This document shows, piece by piece, positions 10,627 through 22,360 of a stretch of 48,134 nucleotides of DNA. Position numbers and translations under genes: made by a program. Position 1 is the first letter of the stretch. Each line of letters begins with the position of its first letter. Source of the DNA: Chromera velia (taxonomy: Eukaryota); contig JAHBMJ010000405.1 of assembly GCA_018398765.1 (NCBI GenBank), forward strand, positions 1 to 48,134. Reading direction: 5' to 3'. Below the pieces are notes generated by a model that ran no database searches, had not been told where the DNA came from, and saw only the letters and a program-made list of their open reading frames with translations.

Positions 10627-13600
10627 GTGTGTGTACGTATGTTTGGGTGTGGCTGTGTGTGAGTGCCTTTCTCGACTTGCATGCTTTTCAAGGCTTCCAA
10701 AGCTGGTGGTGGGTGTGTCGGGGGGGGGCTCGGTGGACTAACGGGTAGACCTCTCTCTGAGGTGTTTCTTTCGCGTCAGGTCACGTCCCCTCTCCTTCAC
10801 TCGATGTGTGGCCCGTGTTCCTATCTGTCTTCTGCAGGCTTGAGGAGCCTCCAGAGATCCAACAGGGAGGGTCCCCCGTCGCACCCAGCGACGCCTGGCT
10901 GGACCCTCCAGGCCTCACACTCAGAAAGAGAAAGATCCGATGAGAGGAGGCAGATCAACGACGCGATTGAGAGTGCAGTCGACATAACGAGTCTCATTGG
11001 GGTCGGCTTTTGAAAGAATTTGATTGAGAGTGGGCATGCGGTGTTCATTGCATCAGATTCTTTGGCTCCATTTGGTCTCGACACTGCAAATTGCGCACTG
11101 CCCGGTGCATGTGCTCGAGTACATGTTAATATGCATTCATGCGTGCAGAACAGCTTTGCACATCGATACGTCGTTTTGCGTGAAAATGCATATTGTGGTG
11201 CAGGATGCGGAGGGCAGCTCCGTACTGGTGCAGGGAGAGCTGCAGGGAGCAGAGCCGAGTAGCGGTCCCACCTGTCTGGGCGGATCAGAACATGCAGGGT
11301 TGTGGTACAGGATACGGTGGCCTGGGTGGGTCTTCTCTGCGGTGCTGGACCTGTGCGGCGGCGCCGACTTTGACTCTGTCCTGTCTGTGGTCTCGGGGAG
11401 AGGCTGCGTGCGTGCAGATGCGGCAGGAGGGTGTGCGTGCCTCGTCACAAACGATGACGCCTGCGGGCAGCAGTCCCGTGTGGAGCTCTGGGCGGTTCCC
11501 TCTGAGGACTACTTTGTGTGGGTCCGGCAATACGAAGCTGGGGGGGGGGAGGGGGCGTTCACTCTGAATGTGACCGTCTCATCCATGCCCTCGGGGATGA
11601 GTCCAAGAGAGCAACTGCTACTGTCGGCGAGGCAGGGCAACGAGACGCTGGCAGGGGCGCTTCTGCAGGCAGGGGTGGAAGTCAACGCGAGGGAGACGGA
11701 GAGAAACCGAACCTCTCTGCACCTGGCTGCGCTTCACGATCATCCCGCGGTGGCTCTTCTTCTCTTGAGAGAGGGGGCGGCGGTGGACACGCGAGACGAT
11801 CGCAACTTCACGCCTTTGCACCTTGCTTCCCAGAGTGGGCGTTTGGATGTCGTGGAGGTGCTCCTGAACAGGAACGCCTCTGTGGCCGCGAGACAGGACA
11901 GGGAGTGGACCTCCCTCCATTTTGCAGCTTTCAACGGCCATTTGGAGGTCGTGGAGATGCTCCTCAAAAGGAACGCCTTTGTGGACGGGAGAACAGATAG
12001 AGAGTTCACCTCCCTCCATCTTGCAGCTCAGAACGGCCATTTGGAGGTCGTTGAAGTACTGCTGAACAGGAACGCTTCTGTGGATGCGAGAGAAGCCAGA
12101 CAGTGGACCCCCCTCCATCTTGCAGCTCAAAGCGGCCATTTAGAGGTTGTGGAGGTGCTGCTGAACAGGAACGCCTCTGTGGATGCTAGACAGGACAGAG
12201 AGGTAACCCCCCTTCACCTTGCAGCTGAGAACGGCCTTTTGGAGGTCGTTGAGGTGCTGCTGAACAGGAAGGCCCCTTTGGACGCGAGAACGGACAGAGA
12301 GGCGACTCCCCTCCATCTTGCAGCTCAGAATGGCCATTTAGAGGTTGTGGAGGTGCTGCTGAACAGGCACGCTTCTGTGGACGCGAGAGACGAAGGAGAG
12401 TGGACCCCCCTCCATCTTGCAGCTCAGAACGGCCATTTGGAGGTCGTGGAGATGCTCCTCAAAAGGAACGCCTTTGTGGACGGGAGAACAGATAGAGAGT
12501 GGACCCCCCTCCATCTTGCAGCTCAGAACGGCCATTTGGAGGTCGTTGAAGTACTGCTGAACAGGAACGCTTCTGTGGATGCGAGAGAAGCCAGACAGTG
12601 GACCCCCCTCCATCTTGCAGCTCAAAGCGGCCATTTAGAGGTTGTGGAGGTGCTGCTAAACAGGAACGCTTCTGTGGATGCGAGAGAGGAAGCAGAAGTG
12701 ACCCCCCTTCATCTTGCAGCTGAGAACGGCCATTTGAAGGTCGTGGAGGTGCTGCTGAACAGGAACGCCTCTGTGGACGGAAAAATGGCCGGAGAGTCGA
12801 CTGCCCTCCATCTTGCAGCTCAAAGCGGCCATTTAGAGGTTGTGGAGGTGCTGCTGAACAGGAACGCTTCTGTGGATGCGAGAGAGGAAGCAGAAGTGAC
12901 CCCCCTCCATTTTGCAGCTTTGAACAACCTTCCGGAGGTTGTAGAGGTGCTCCTGAACAGGAACGCTTCTGTAGATGCGAGAGAAGCCAGACAGTTTACC
13001 CCCCTCCATCTTGCAGCTCAGAGCGGCCATTTAGAGGTTGTGGAGGTGCTCCTGAACAGGAACGCTTCTGTGGACGCGAGAGGGGACAAAGAGTTTACCC
13101 CCCTCCATTTTGCAGCTGAGCAGGGCCATTTGGAGGTCGTTGAAGTACTGCTGAACAGGAACGCCTCAGCCGATGCCAGAGACAGCCGAGGCCGCACCCC
13201 CCTGTTCGTAGCGGTGATATTCGGGCGGGGGGGGAATCGGCGGGTCGCGGAGGCGTTGCTGAGAGGCGGCGCGTCCATCAGCGCTGAGATGGGTGCAGAT
13301 TCGGGGGGAGAGGAGCATGAGCCTCTGTCCCCCCTCCTGCACGTGGCTGCAGAGGGAAACCAGCTTGACATGGTCGACCTGTTGATTGAGAACGGGGCGG
13401 ATGTGGACACAAGGAACGATAAAGGACAGACAGCGCTGCACATCGCAGTTGTGGAAGGACACCGGCGGATTGTGCAGAGGCTCCTTGGTGCAGGTGCGAG
13501 TGTGTTGGTGGCAGACTTGGAAGGCGCATTGCCTTCACACCTGGTAAGTTCTCTGCCTATTATTGCGGATCTCGCACGGCATTCAGTACAAGAGAGGTCT

Positions 13601-16600
13601 TTTTTTGCTTTCAGGGATGCAAGAGATCACAGGGGACGCACAGCCTTGCACAGGGCCGCTGAGGGGGGCCTCCATTCTATTGTCTCGTCGCTTCTGTCTT
13701 CCGGCTTCCGAATCGATCCGCGGGATGAAGGAGGAGAGCGGCCGCTCCAATTGGCCCTCAAGGGTGAGCACTGGGGGGTGGTGGAGGAGCTAGTGAGACG
13801 GGGGGCGGCCCTCGAGGTCGACTCCCTACTGGAGCCTGAGGGCAGTCTCCTGCATGCAGCCGCGAGGGCAGGACACGCAGGGTTGGTTGGGGCGGTGCTG
13901 GCTGCGGGTCCCTCTGGGGTTGTCGGTCTGAGGGATTCGTGGGGAAGCACGGCTCTTCACGTGTGTGCAAAGGGGGCGCACGTGGAGGCCTGCAGGGTGC
14001 TAGTAGAGGGGGGGGCGGATGTCCACGCGTTGGACGAGAGGGCGGACCCTTCGACTGGGGAGATGGAGAACCGCACGGCCCTTTTTGTAGCTGCCGGGAA
14101 GGGCGATGAGGCAAAGGAGGTCTCGGCTCTTCTCCTGCAGAGGGGGGCCGACCCCTCTGTGCGAGACTATGAGGGGGCGACGGCTTTGCACGCGGCTGCT
14201 GCCGCGTGTGCCCCCGAGCAGGCCCGTCTGTTGTTGGGACTTCGACCGTCTCCCCTCAGTACATCGACAGAGGGAGACGGTGGAGAGGAGACGTCGGTTA
14301 GTGTGGCAATTGACGTGCGGGGGGAGAGGGATGTGCAGTCGGGGCTGTCGCTCAATTGGACGGCCCTCCATGTGGCTACGAAAATGGACTGTGCCGAAGT
14401 GGTGGATTTGCTTCTCTCCTCGGACGCAAATGCGCAGGGAGCAAGAGGGGCAAGCAGTAGGGGGGATGGGGGAAAGGCGGGATTAGCGTTTGTCCGTGAT
14501 TCGTATGGGCTGACGGCCTTCCACGTGGCCGCCCGATTTTCCTCCTCCCGTGCTCTGGGTGTGTTTCTGAGGAGCGGTCTATTCTCACGAGAGACCTCAG
14601 TGGGTGGAGAGAGGGGGCGGACTGCCCTGCACTTCGCTGCTGCATCTGCTTCTCCACGCTCAGATCCCTCCTTCCGTGGGAGGGGGCACAGACTGAGCAG
14701 AGAGATCTCAGTCGAAAACGTCAGAGACGCTCTTTCTCTTCTGACTGCATCAGATCATTCAGTTGCAGAGTCAGGGAGCAACAACAGCAGTTCGTTTTCC
14801 GTTGCGCAGTTCTCTGCGTCGGTTCGAGTTGTTGATCTAGACGGGCTCTCCTCCCTTCACCTCGCCGCACGGGAAGGGAACGTCGCGGCTCTCCGTTTCC
14901 TGATTGACAAGAAAGTTCTGACAGTGGACGTTGCCGGACGTGGCAGGGGTGTGTCAGAGAGGGAGGGAGGGGGGGGAAATCTAGAGGGTGTGACCCCCTT
15001 GATGCTGTCGAGGAGTTGCTGCGCCGCAATGCGTCGGCGCTCGCAAGGACAGGAACAGGACGTCTCCCTGTCCACTTTGCTGTGGGATTTCGAGCGACGA
15101 CGGGGACGGGAGGACGAGGGGGGTCAGGGGGGCAGTCAGACTCTCCGAGTGTTCTGGTTGCCTCTCGATTGCTTTCTCGTCTTGTTCAGTCGGCTGTTGA
15201 CCCTGAGAGGCGATTGGAGGCGGTCGGTGGTTTCTCGTCTGACCGTCGGGGTGAGAAGGCTCTCCATGTGGCTGCACGGACGGGCAGCCCTCTGATGCTT
15301 TTCCGGGGGCTTCTAGAGGAGGAGGTGGGGATTCGAGAGAGGGTGTTGAGGGTCAGCAGGCGGGAGGCCCTGCGAGAGTGTGTGGAAGCGAAGGATGGTC
15401 TGTTGAGGACTCCTCTCCTGGTTGCTGCGGCAGGGGGGCAGGTGCAGATGGTTCGGTTTCTCCTGTCCCCGGAGGTGGCCGCTCGGGTGGACGCGGTGGG
15501 AGAAGAGGGGAAGACCGCGCTTCATCTGGCAGCTAGCGGGGGGCATCTCACCGTCGTGAATGAGTTGTTGCATGCGTTGCGAGAGAAGGGGGGTGGGAAT
15601 GGTCTTGAGGGTGAGACCGGTGGACACTTTGGGGAGAGTGAGAGCGGCGAGACAGTTGTGAGCTTGGGAGCTCGCGCGCGTGATTGGTCAGGTGGGGGAG
15701 CTGTTCATGTCGCGAGTGCGCTTGGAAGAGAGGATATAGTTGACCGTCTGTGCGAGGGAGGGGGCGATCCGAACTCCCAGCGAGACGACGGCGCCCCCCC
15801 CGTGCTGCTCGCTGCCCGCAGAGGGTCCCTTGAGACCCTCTCGGTGCTCCACAGGAGGGCGGGAAGGGGGGTGTTCGCAGCGGTCGTTGACCCGAGCGTG
15901 GCCCTCGATTCCCTCTGTCTTCTGAGCAGGTCCCCGAATTTTGTCGGGGGGGGGAGCATCCCTCCCGTTTGCGAGGACGGTAAGAGTGAACGAACGCTGC
16001 GGCGGCGAGTGTTAGCTGGGGCCTTTGTGAGCAGTGGTTTGTTTGAGGGGGAAGTCGGCCTCTCGGTCTCCCTCAGATCTCTTTCGTTGAGGAGTGGAAG
16101 GGGAAGGGAGAGGTGGGACAAAAGTGGTTCGTCTGCAGGCGTTACTCGTTCTGACGCTGAAGGGGTGACCCTGGAAGGCACGGTTGCGCTCTCAGATGTG
16201 GATGCTGCCACCGCTAGCGCTCTGTCTGCCGTCTCAGCATCCGTCTCCAGTGTAGAGACTGGGTCGCGCAGTTTGATTGATGAGAGGATGGGTGCGGAGA
16301 GAGGGTGGGGTCTGACGGCTCTTCAGGCAGCGGCATCGAGGGGCCTCTCTGTGTCTGTGTCTCTGCTTCTCGACTGGGGGGCAGACGTGGAGGGAGGGAC
16401 TGAGCAGGTGCGGGTCCGGTACTCTCCGTCTGCCTCCCCCTCTCTGTCTCTCTCTGCTACTGTTGCGGTTGCTGCCTCGACTGCTTCTCCCTCGCTCTCG
16501 CCCCTTCTTCTGTCGGCCAACCGAGGACATGAGGCGGTTGCGCTCTCACTGGTGGAGAGGGGGGCGGATGTGTCAAAGACCGGAGCTCTCTCGTGCGCGG

Positions 16601-19600
16601 AGAGCGGGTCGGAGGGGTCCAGAGATTTTGCTGAGTCTGTCAGTGGACGGACGGCGCTTCACTGCGCGGCGTCTCTGAATCTCTCGGGGTTGGTCAGAAA
16701 ACTCCTCGAGAGGGGGGCGGCGGTGAACGTGAGGGATAGCAGGGGGCGGACGGCGGTCCTGTTGGCTGCCCGGTCGTTGTCGGTGGATGCTCTCAAGGTG
16801 TTGCTAGAGAGCGATGGCGTGGACTTGTCGGTGCTGGACAGAGACGGGAAGCATGCGCTCTCTCTCGCTGAAGGGGTGGAGTGGAAGGCAGGGAAGGAGG
16901 AAGTGCGGCAGATGCTGAAGGAGGCAGACAAGCGGGAGGGAGGGGAGTGGAACTGTGTGCAAGGAGCCCCTGATCTGTGAGGACCCCCAGAAGGGACTCT
17001 GGTCGCGGGTGGGTGGGTGTGTGGGTGATTGGGGGGGGGTGTCTGAAAAGGGTTTGTGTGTGAGTGTTTGAGTGCACGTGAGAGAACGGGATCTGTCTCG
17101 TAGTGTCTTGTCTTGCAGAGATCGAGACATTACGCGTGTATGTTTGGGACGGGAGGGCTGGGTGTGTCTTGTGGATTGAGTTCTTCCGAGTTTGTTTTCC
17201 TTCATGTTTTCCTTACTAAGAAAGCGCTCCCTCATTTTGTTACGTTCCTCCTTTGATTCCTGAGCAGGAGACGACCGTCGAGCAGCTCTGCAGAGAGCCG
17301 ACAGAGTGGGAGCTCCTCTTGAGAGTGGTCCGGCAACAGGTCGACAGGGTGCTGCTGATTGTTCAGGTAGGGGAGGGGTGAGGGGGTGATTGCCTGTCCG
17401 GGCACTTTCAGGCAGTCTCTTTTTCCGTTTCCCTTTCACTCAATCTTTTGTTACTTTTTTTGTTCTCTCAATTTCTTCCGTACGCTCATCTGATTCAGGC
17501 AGGCACTCAATCTCTCTCCCCTGCAGGCGTTTGCGTGTGCATCCGTTAAAGGGCCATGCATGTGTTCACTGTGCTGATTGACCGATATTGTGCTGCCTCT
17601 TTGGCGTCTGCTTGACTGCTTCCAGGTGGCTGTCCTGGGTCTCCTTTTTTCTGCCGCTGCGGTTATTGTGTGGGTGATCCCTCGGTGGAAGGAGGAGTGG
17701 CGTGAGTGGGGCATGATGTTCCCTCCCGTGCTTGGTGCGATCCTCCAAGTGAACAATATCTACACGGACGTGATCCTCGTGGTGCTCGTGGGAGCGGCAG
17801 CAATGAAAGGGCAGGCGGCGGCTGTGGGGCTCTTCGCAGTTTTGATGGTGCACGCCGTGGTGGTGGTCGGCTTCAACGCCTTCGCACTTTGGCGATTTTA
17901 CAAACGGAGAGAGCTCAACAGAGAGCCCTGGTGGTCAGAGGTGCGGCACAAGGCTTTGACAGGTGTCCTTTACATTTTGGGTCTGATCTCGCTGAAGTTT
18001 GCGGTGTTGGCGACGTCGAACCTCTTCGGGGTGGCGCCTCTGTCGATGACGCTGATGGAAAAGGATCGAAGGGAGCCTCAGGGAGAGATGGAGAAGAGAG
18101 GAGGGGAGGGAGAGGGGCTTGGAGGTGGAGAGAGTCCAGAGACGGCATCAGAGCAGAGGGAGACGCCCCGACAAAGAGATGCTGAGGGAGAGGGAGAGAG
18201 GGACGTTGAGGCCGGTCAAGCGGTTCCGGAAGGAAATGGAGGGGGAGGGGGGAGCAGCGGTCGGGGGGGGAGGGGTGCAGTTGAGGTGTTGCGTGTCTGT
18301 CCGGGTGAGCTGTCTGGAAAGAGGCCGGGGGGCATCGGTGCTTGTGCTGAGGGTTGTCTCAGCGGTTGGTGTTGGTCGTCAAAGGGGAAACAAGGGGAGG
18401 TCAGTTGATGGTAGAGGAATGAAGCGGTGCAGAAGACTGACTGGAAAAGGAGGTAAAATTGGCAGAACCTCTCTCTCTCTCTGTCTGGCTTTTCTCGCAG
18501 GCAGGAAAACGACCTCTTCGATTATTCTTCGCTCTTTTGGTTTTGTTTCTTCTTCTTTCCCTTCTTCTTTGAAGATTCTCTCTCTCTTTCGTTCACTCCT
18601 CCTTGCCAACCTCCCTGCCACTGAATTCTTGCAGGACGAAACGGTGAAGGAGAAGCAAAACGAGAAATGCGCAAAGTGCGAGGAGCGGAAGAGGGCGGAG
18701 AGGAAAGAGAGGGAGAGAAAACGAAAGGGTTTGATGCCGATGGAGCAAGTCGACCATCTTGTCTTCTCCGCCTCTGCTCCCGCAATTCTTGTGGAGGAGG
18801 TCCCTCAGTTGATCGTCAAGCTGCTCTTCTTCATTCTGATCCCTGAGGGACAGAAGATCCTCACCCTCATCCTCGGTGCTGCTCTCGCTGCTGTGGGGCT
18901 TCTTCTCGTCCTCGTGCGTCTCCTGTTCACCTGCAGGTCGAAGGGAACATCTCTTCGAGGCGGACAGTCAGAGTTAGAGGGGGGGACACTCACAGAGAGA
19001 GAGCCTCGGTCGGTCTGGCAGGCAGTCTGCCCAGCAATCCTCTCAGTGTGCCACTCTGCCAGTCTTGCTCTGTGGCTCTGTGACACTGTGCGTGTGCGTG
19101 TGTCCGTGCGGTTCTGTTTCACACGTGGATCGGTCATTCTCTCCCTGATGCTGAGCTTCATCCAGTGTCTGTGGACGGAAGGGGGGACTAGGACTGTGTT
19201 TTGGAGGAAACCATCACACGATAATTATGTCATTCTCTTGAATGTTGCCTTCACTCTCTGGCTTGCTCTCCGTCGCACCCTCTTTCTCTTTCTCCTTAGT
19301 TCTGTGTCTGTTGCAGACAGGAACTCGAGGGACATCAGGCAGGAACAGGACGCGAGAAGCCTGAGGACGAGGAGCAGGAGAAGAGCGCGCCTGCTGAAGC
19401 GCCGCCCCTCGAAGACGTTGCCTGCGTGGGGGGGGGGAAGGGCTCAGGAGGGATCCTTCCGTCTGGGGTTGTCAGCGCTCAGCCGGCCTCCGAGTCAGTC
19501 TCGGGGGGTCTTGGTCTCCTTGTCCTCCCGGTAGACTCTCAGAGTCTCCGCGAGACTCCGAGACTCCCCCCTGAAACCCGCAAGGGGAGAGGAGACGTTC

Positions 19601-19872
19601 CTGTGGCCGTCCTTGGGTCTTTGGGGGAGTCCAGCAGTCGCCCTGAAAGACTGGAGCAGACAGGGACCAAGAGTTGCAGCCAGATTCAACCCTCTGAGCA
19701 CCCTGACAGCCGTGAGCTCAAAGACGCAGAGACATCTGTCGTCGTGGAGACGGCAGAGGGGGGAGGGGGAGGGGGGATGGAGGAGGACGCGAATGGAAGG
19801 GGGGAAGAGGGAGAGATCCAACGGTCGCTGAGTGAGGCCGTCTCTGAGGAGTTCAGGGGAGCTCTCAGCTGA
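9359..19872 (+). CDS. Large receptor-like protein: putative signal peptide, PPC-like beta-sandwich, >30 ankyrin repeats, XK-like multi-pass membrane domain, acidic tail; apparent frameshift near 15005
   Basis: Exons ~9359-9788, (possible exon across the N-gap), 10838-11001, 11204-16976, 17119-17137, 17268-17366, 17626-~18286, 18635-~19008, ~19317-19872, with phase-consistent GT-AG junctions. TPLHLAA-type ankyrins. Membrane segments contain NIYTDVILV and EEVPQLIVKL. Confidence 0.75.
10217..10262. other. Assembly gap (46 N) within a G-run
   Basis: Run of n characters. Confidence 1.
10507..10633. repeat. (CT)n(GT)n compound microsatellite, intronic
   Basis: Directly visible. Confidence 0.9.
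11783..13168 (+). repeat. Coding tandem array of 14 x 99-bp near-identical ankyrin units
   Basis: 1386 nt = 14 x 99. Consensus VDARxxxxxTPLHLAAxxGHLEVVEVLLNRNAS. Confidence 0.95.
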
Positions 19873-20626
19873 TGAATACGGAGGGAAAGGGAAGGGAAGG
19901 GCAGGGAAGGGTAACGTTCAGTTTTGAGGAGAGGACTCTAGGAGCATTAATCGGAGAGGGGTTGGAGAAGTGGGCAGAGGGAGAGTCCGCACTGACTCCG
20001 CAGTCTGTCTGTCAGCGTTGAGGGGACACCTGTCTGCCGTCACGACGATTGCGTAGTTTCCGACACGAAGATCGTGCAGGACAGGTAGTGTCGTAGACTA
20101 TTTAGAGAAACCCTCCAGGTCTAGGTTTTCCAGTCCGACAAGATCTCCCCTGCTGATTGCAGCCACCACCTCGAGACGGCTGCAGGTTTCGAGAAGGCAA
20201 CTCTCAACGCCCACAGAGATGGAAGCACTTCTCGAAGTAGCATCAACGAGAGCCCGTTCCCACCCCATTGTGACTGCAAGATTGCAAATTAGATGAAATC
20301 ATTGAAATGACCTTCATAAATCTTCATATAACATGGCAAAAGTTCTTTTTCACTCAGGCTTGAATCTGTTGTTGATTGTATATAAACTATATATATATAT
20401 ATATATATATATTATTTCATTTTTTTTCAATTAATACAATGTATTTTAATATCTTACTGAATACAATTTCAATGTAATAAAAATGGGTCTAAAACAAAGC
20501 CTAAATTAAATTGTTCGAGTTATGAATCTATAACTATTAATCATATGTATCACATAATTTTTCAATCGGTGAGTGCTTTTCGATCGCCCTCACATGCGTG
20601 TCCTATGTATACACTGCATGCGACGA

Positions 20627-20872
20627 CTAGGTGCCGCACGTAGGGGGAAAAAAAGAAAAAAAAGTTGGAGGGGCCTTTTATTTTAAGTGCTCTTAAAAGG
20701 AAAAAAATCACTTTTGACTTTCAAACTTACTTTTCTACTCAGGATGTGTACCTAACTCTAGACCTAACTTTTGACCTTAGTTTTGACCTAAACTTGGATC
20801 CTAAAGAAAATAAAAAAAGAAAATAAAAATTAGAGAGGCCCAATTTTTTTTTTAAATGTGCGGCGCGCCTAG
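20627..20872. mobile_element. Second, diverged copy of the MITE at 1709-1946
   Basis: Ends CTAGGTGCCGCAC ... GTGCGGCGCGCCTAG. Shared core AAGTGC..AAGGAAAA.AATCA.TTTTGACT...AAACTTACTTTT...ATGTG.ACCTAACT. No intact TSD. Confidence 0.75.
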
Positions 20873-21228
20873 TACAACTTTTGAACGGATGTTTATGACA
20901 ACTTTCCTTTCTTTTGGCTTCATAGCGAAATCCCATGTTGCTGTAGTGAGGCTAAGTGAGCTGTTCAAGTTATCCGAAGTCGTCTTCCGTTCATACTTTA
21001 TCGCACTGTGACATTAATATGGGAGTAATTGGGATAAATTGGGAGATCGAATTGGAATGCCGAAGTGTCCCATTTCCAATTCGAAACAATTTGGAAATAT
21101 TTTTTTCTTTGTCAAAAACTTATTGTACAAAGCTGCATTTTTGCATACAAACATTTTTAAACTCAAAGATTTCAAATTTCAACACCAATCAGTTTTACAC
21201 AAATATTTAACCTGAATAAAATACAATG

Positions 21229-21307
21229 AGAAAGAAACAAAGAAAAGAAGAAAAGAAAGAAAGACTCGGAAAGAAAGAAAGAAAGAAAGAAAGAAAGAGG
21301 GAGGGAG

Positions 21308-21349
<42 letters not shown>

Positions 21350-21359
21350 AGGAGAGTGG

Positions 21360-21392
<33 letters not shown>

Positions 21393-21601
21393 TATATGTT
21401 TCTTCTTCTCCCTTCTTTTCTTCATGAACACAACAGACAAAAAGAAAGAAAGAACAAAGACAAAAGAACAGCACCAACAATCAAACAGCGTGGGCAGGGG
21501 GCCCGAAAGGTGAGAGTTAAGCGCCCCTTGCCTCTCCACCTCCCGACAGACTTTCACGTGATCACTGGTTTCACACGCTACTCCTCTGCTGCTTCCACTC
21601 A

Positions 21602-21636
<35 letters not shown>

Positions 21637-21702
21637 GGAAGAAAGAAAGAAAGAAAGAAAGAAAAAAAGAAAGAAAAAAAGAAAGAAAAAAAGAAAGAAA
21701 AA

Positions 21703-21742
<40 letters not shown>

Positions 21743-21843
21743 AAAAAAGAAAGAAAGAAAGAAAGAAAGAAAGCAAGAAAGAAAGAAAGAAAGAAAGAGA
21801 TGGAAAGAAACGTTGGAAACAAGGAAGGAAGGAACGAAAAGAA
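21229..21843. repeat. (GAAA)n, (GA)n and (GACA)n purine-rich microsatellite block
   Basis: Directly visible; source of several spurious ORFs. Confidence 0.9.
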
Positions 21844-22360
21844 ATGCACACAAAAACTGATCAATCACAAAAGAAGGCCTGCAAGCGAAAGAAAAGAAGA
21901 AATAAATTGGGGCGTGAACAAAAACAGAAGCATACAAAAAACCGAAAACGGGGACAGTTATGGAGGACGCTAGATTCTGCGGACCAGCCAGAGGAAAACA
22001 TATCAAAGATTTGATGAGGCCTCTAACATGCGGAAGGCAGAAAACAATCATCAGCTTGATGGAGTCCGACACATACGACCAAAATCAGCAAGAACACCAA
22101 CCAACGCCCATGGAAGTGTAAAAATAAAAGAGAAGAGAGGGAGCAGAAACAGCCACTTAATTCAAATGCATGTTCCTGCAACACAAACGGAATTACTTGT
22201 CCGGGCACGAATTTTTCTTCGCCCTGATCAGATTCTCTTTGTCAGAAGCACTAAGTTCAAATTGCCATTTGATTCATTGCATATGTCACTCTCGATGATC
22301 AAGTGAAGCACGCTACGCAGACGAACCTTCTCCACAGAGCTGCTGCATCAGCTCGTACAC

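Noticed and set aside
11783..13168. 99-bp array as a CRISPR array or DGR template/variable repeat
   Set aside because: Units are in-frame ankyrin codons with no unique spacers. No cas or reverse transcriptase gene is present, and changes are not obviously adenine-specific.
15010..15295. C-terminal ~95 aa of the 1423-aa ORF as a genuine protein end
   Set aside because: The overlapping frame continues with ankyrin motifs, so this tail is out-of-frame read-through after the frameshift.
21172..22072. FFLS/KKER-rich ORFs
   Set aside because: Artefacts of the (GAAA)n microsatellite; no supported gene model.
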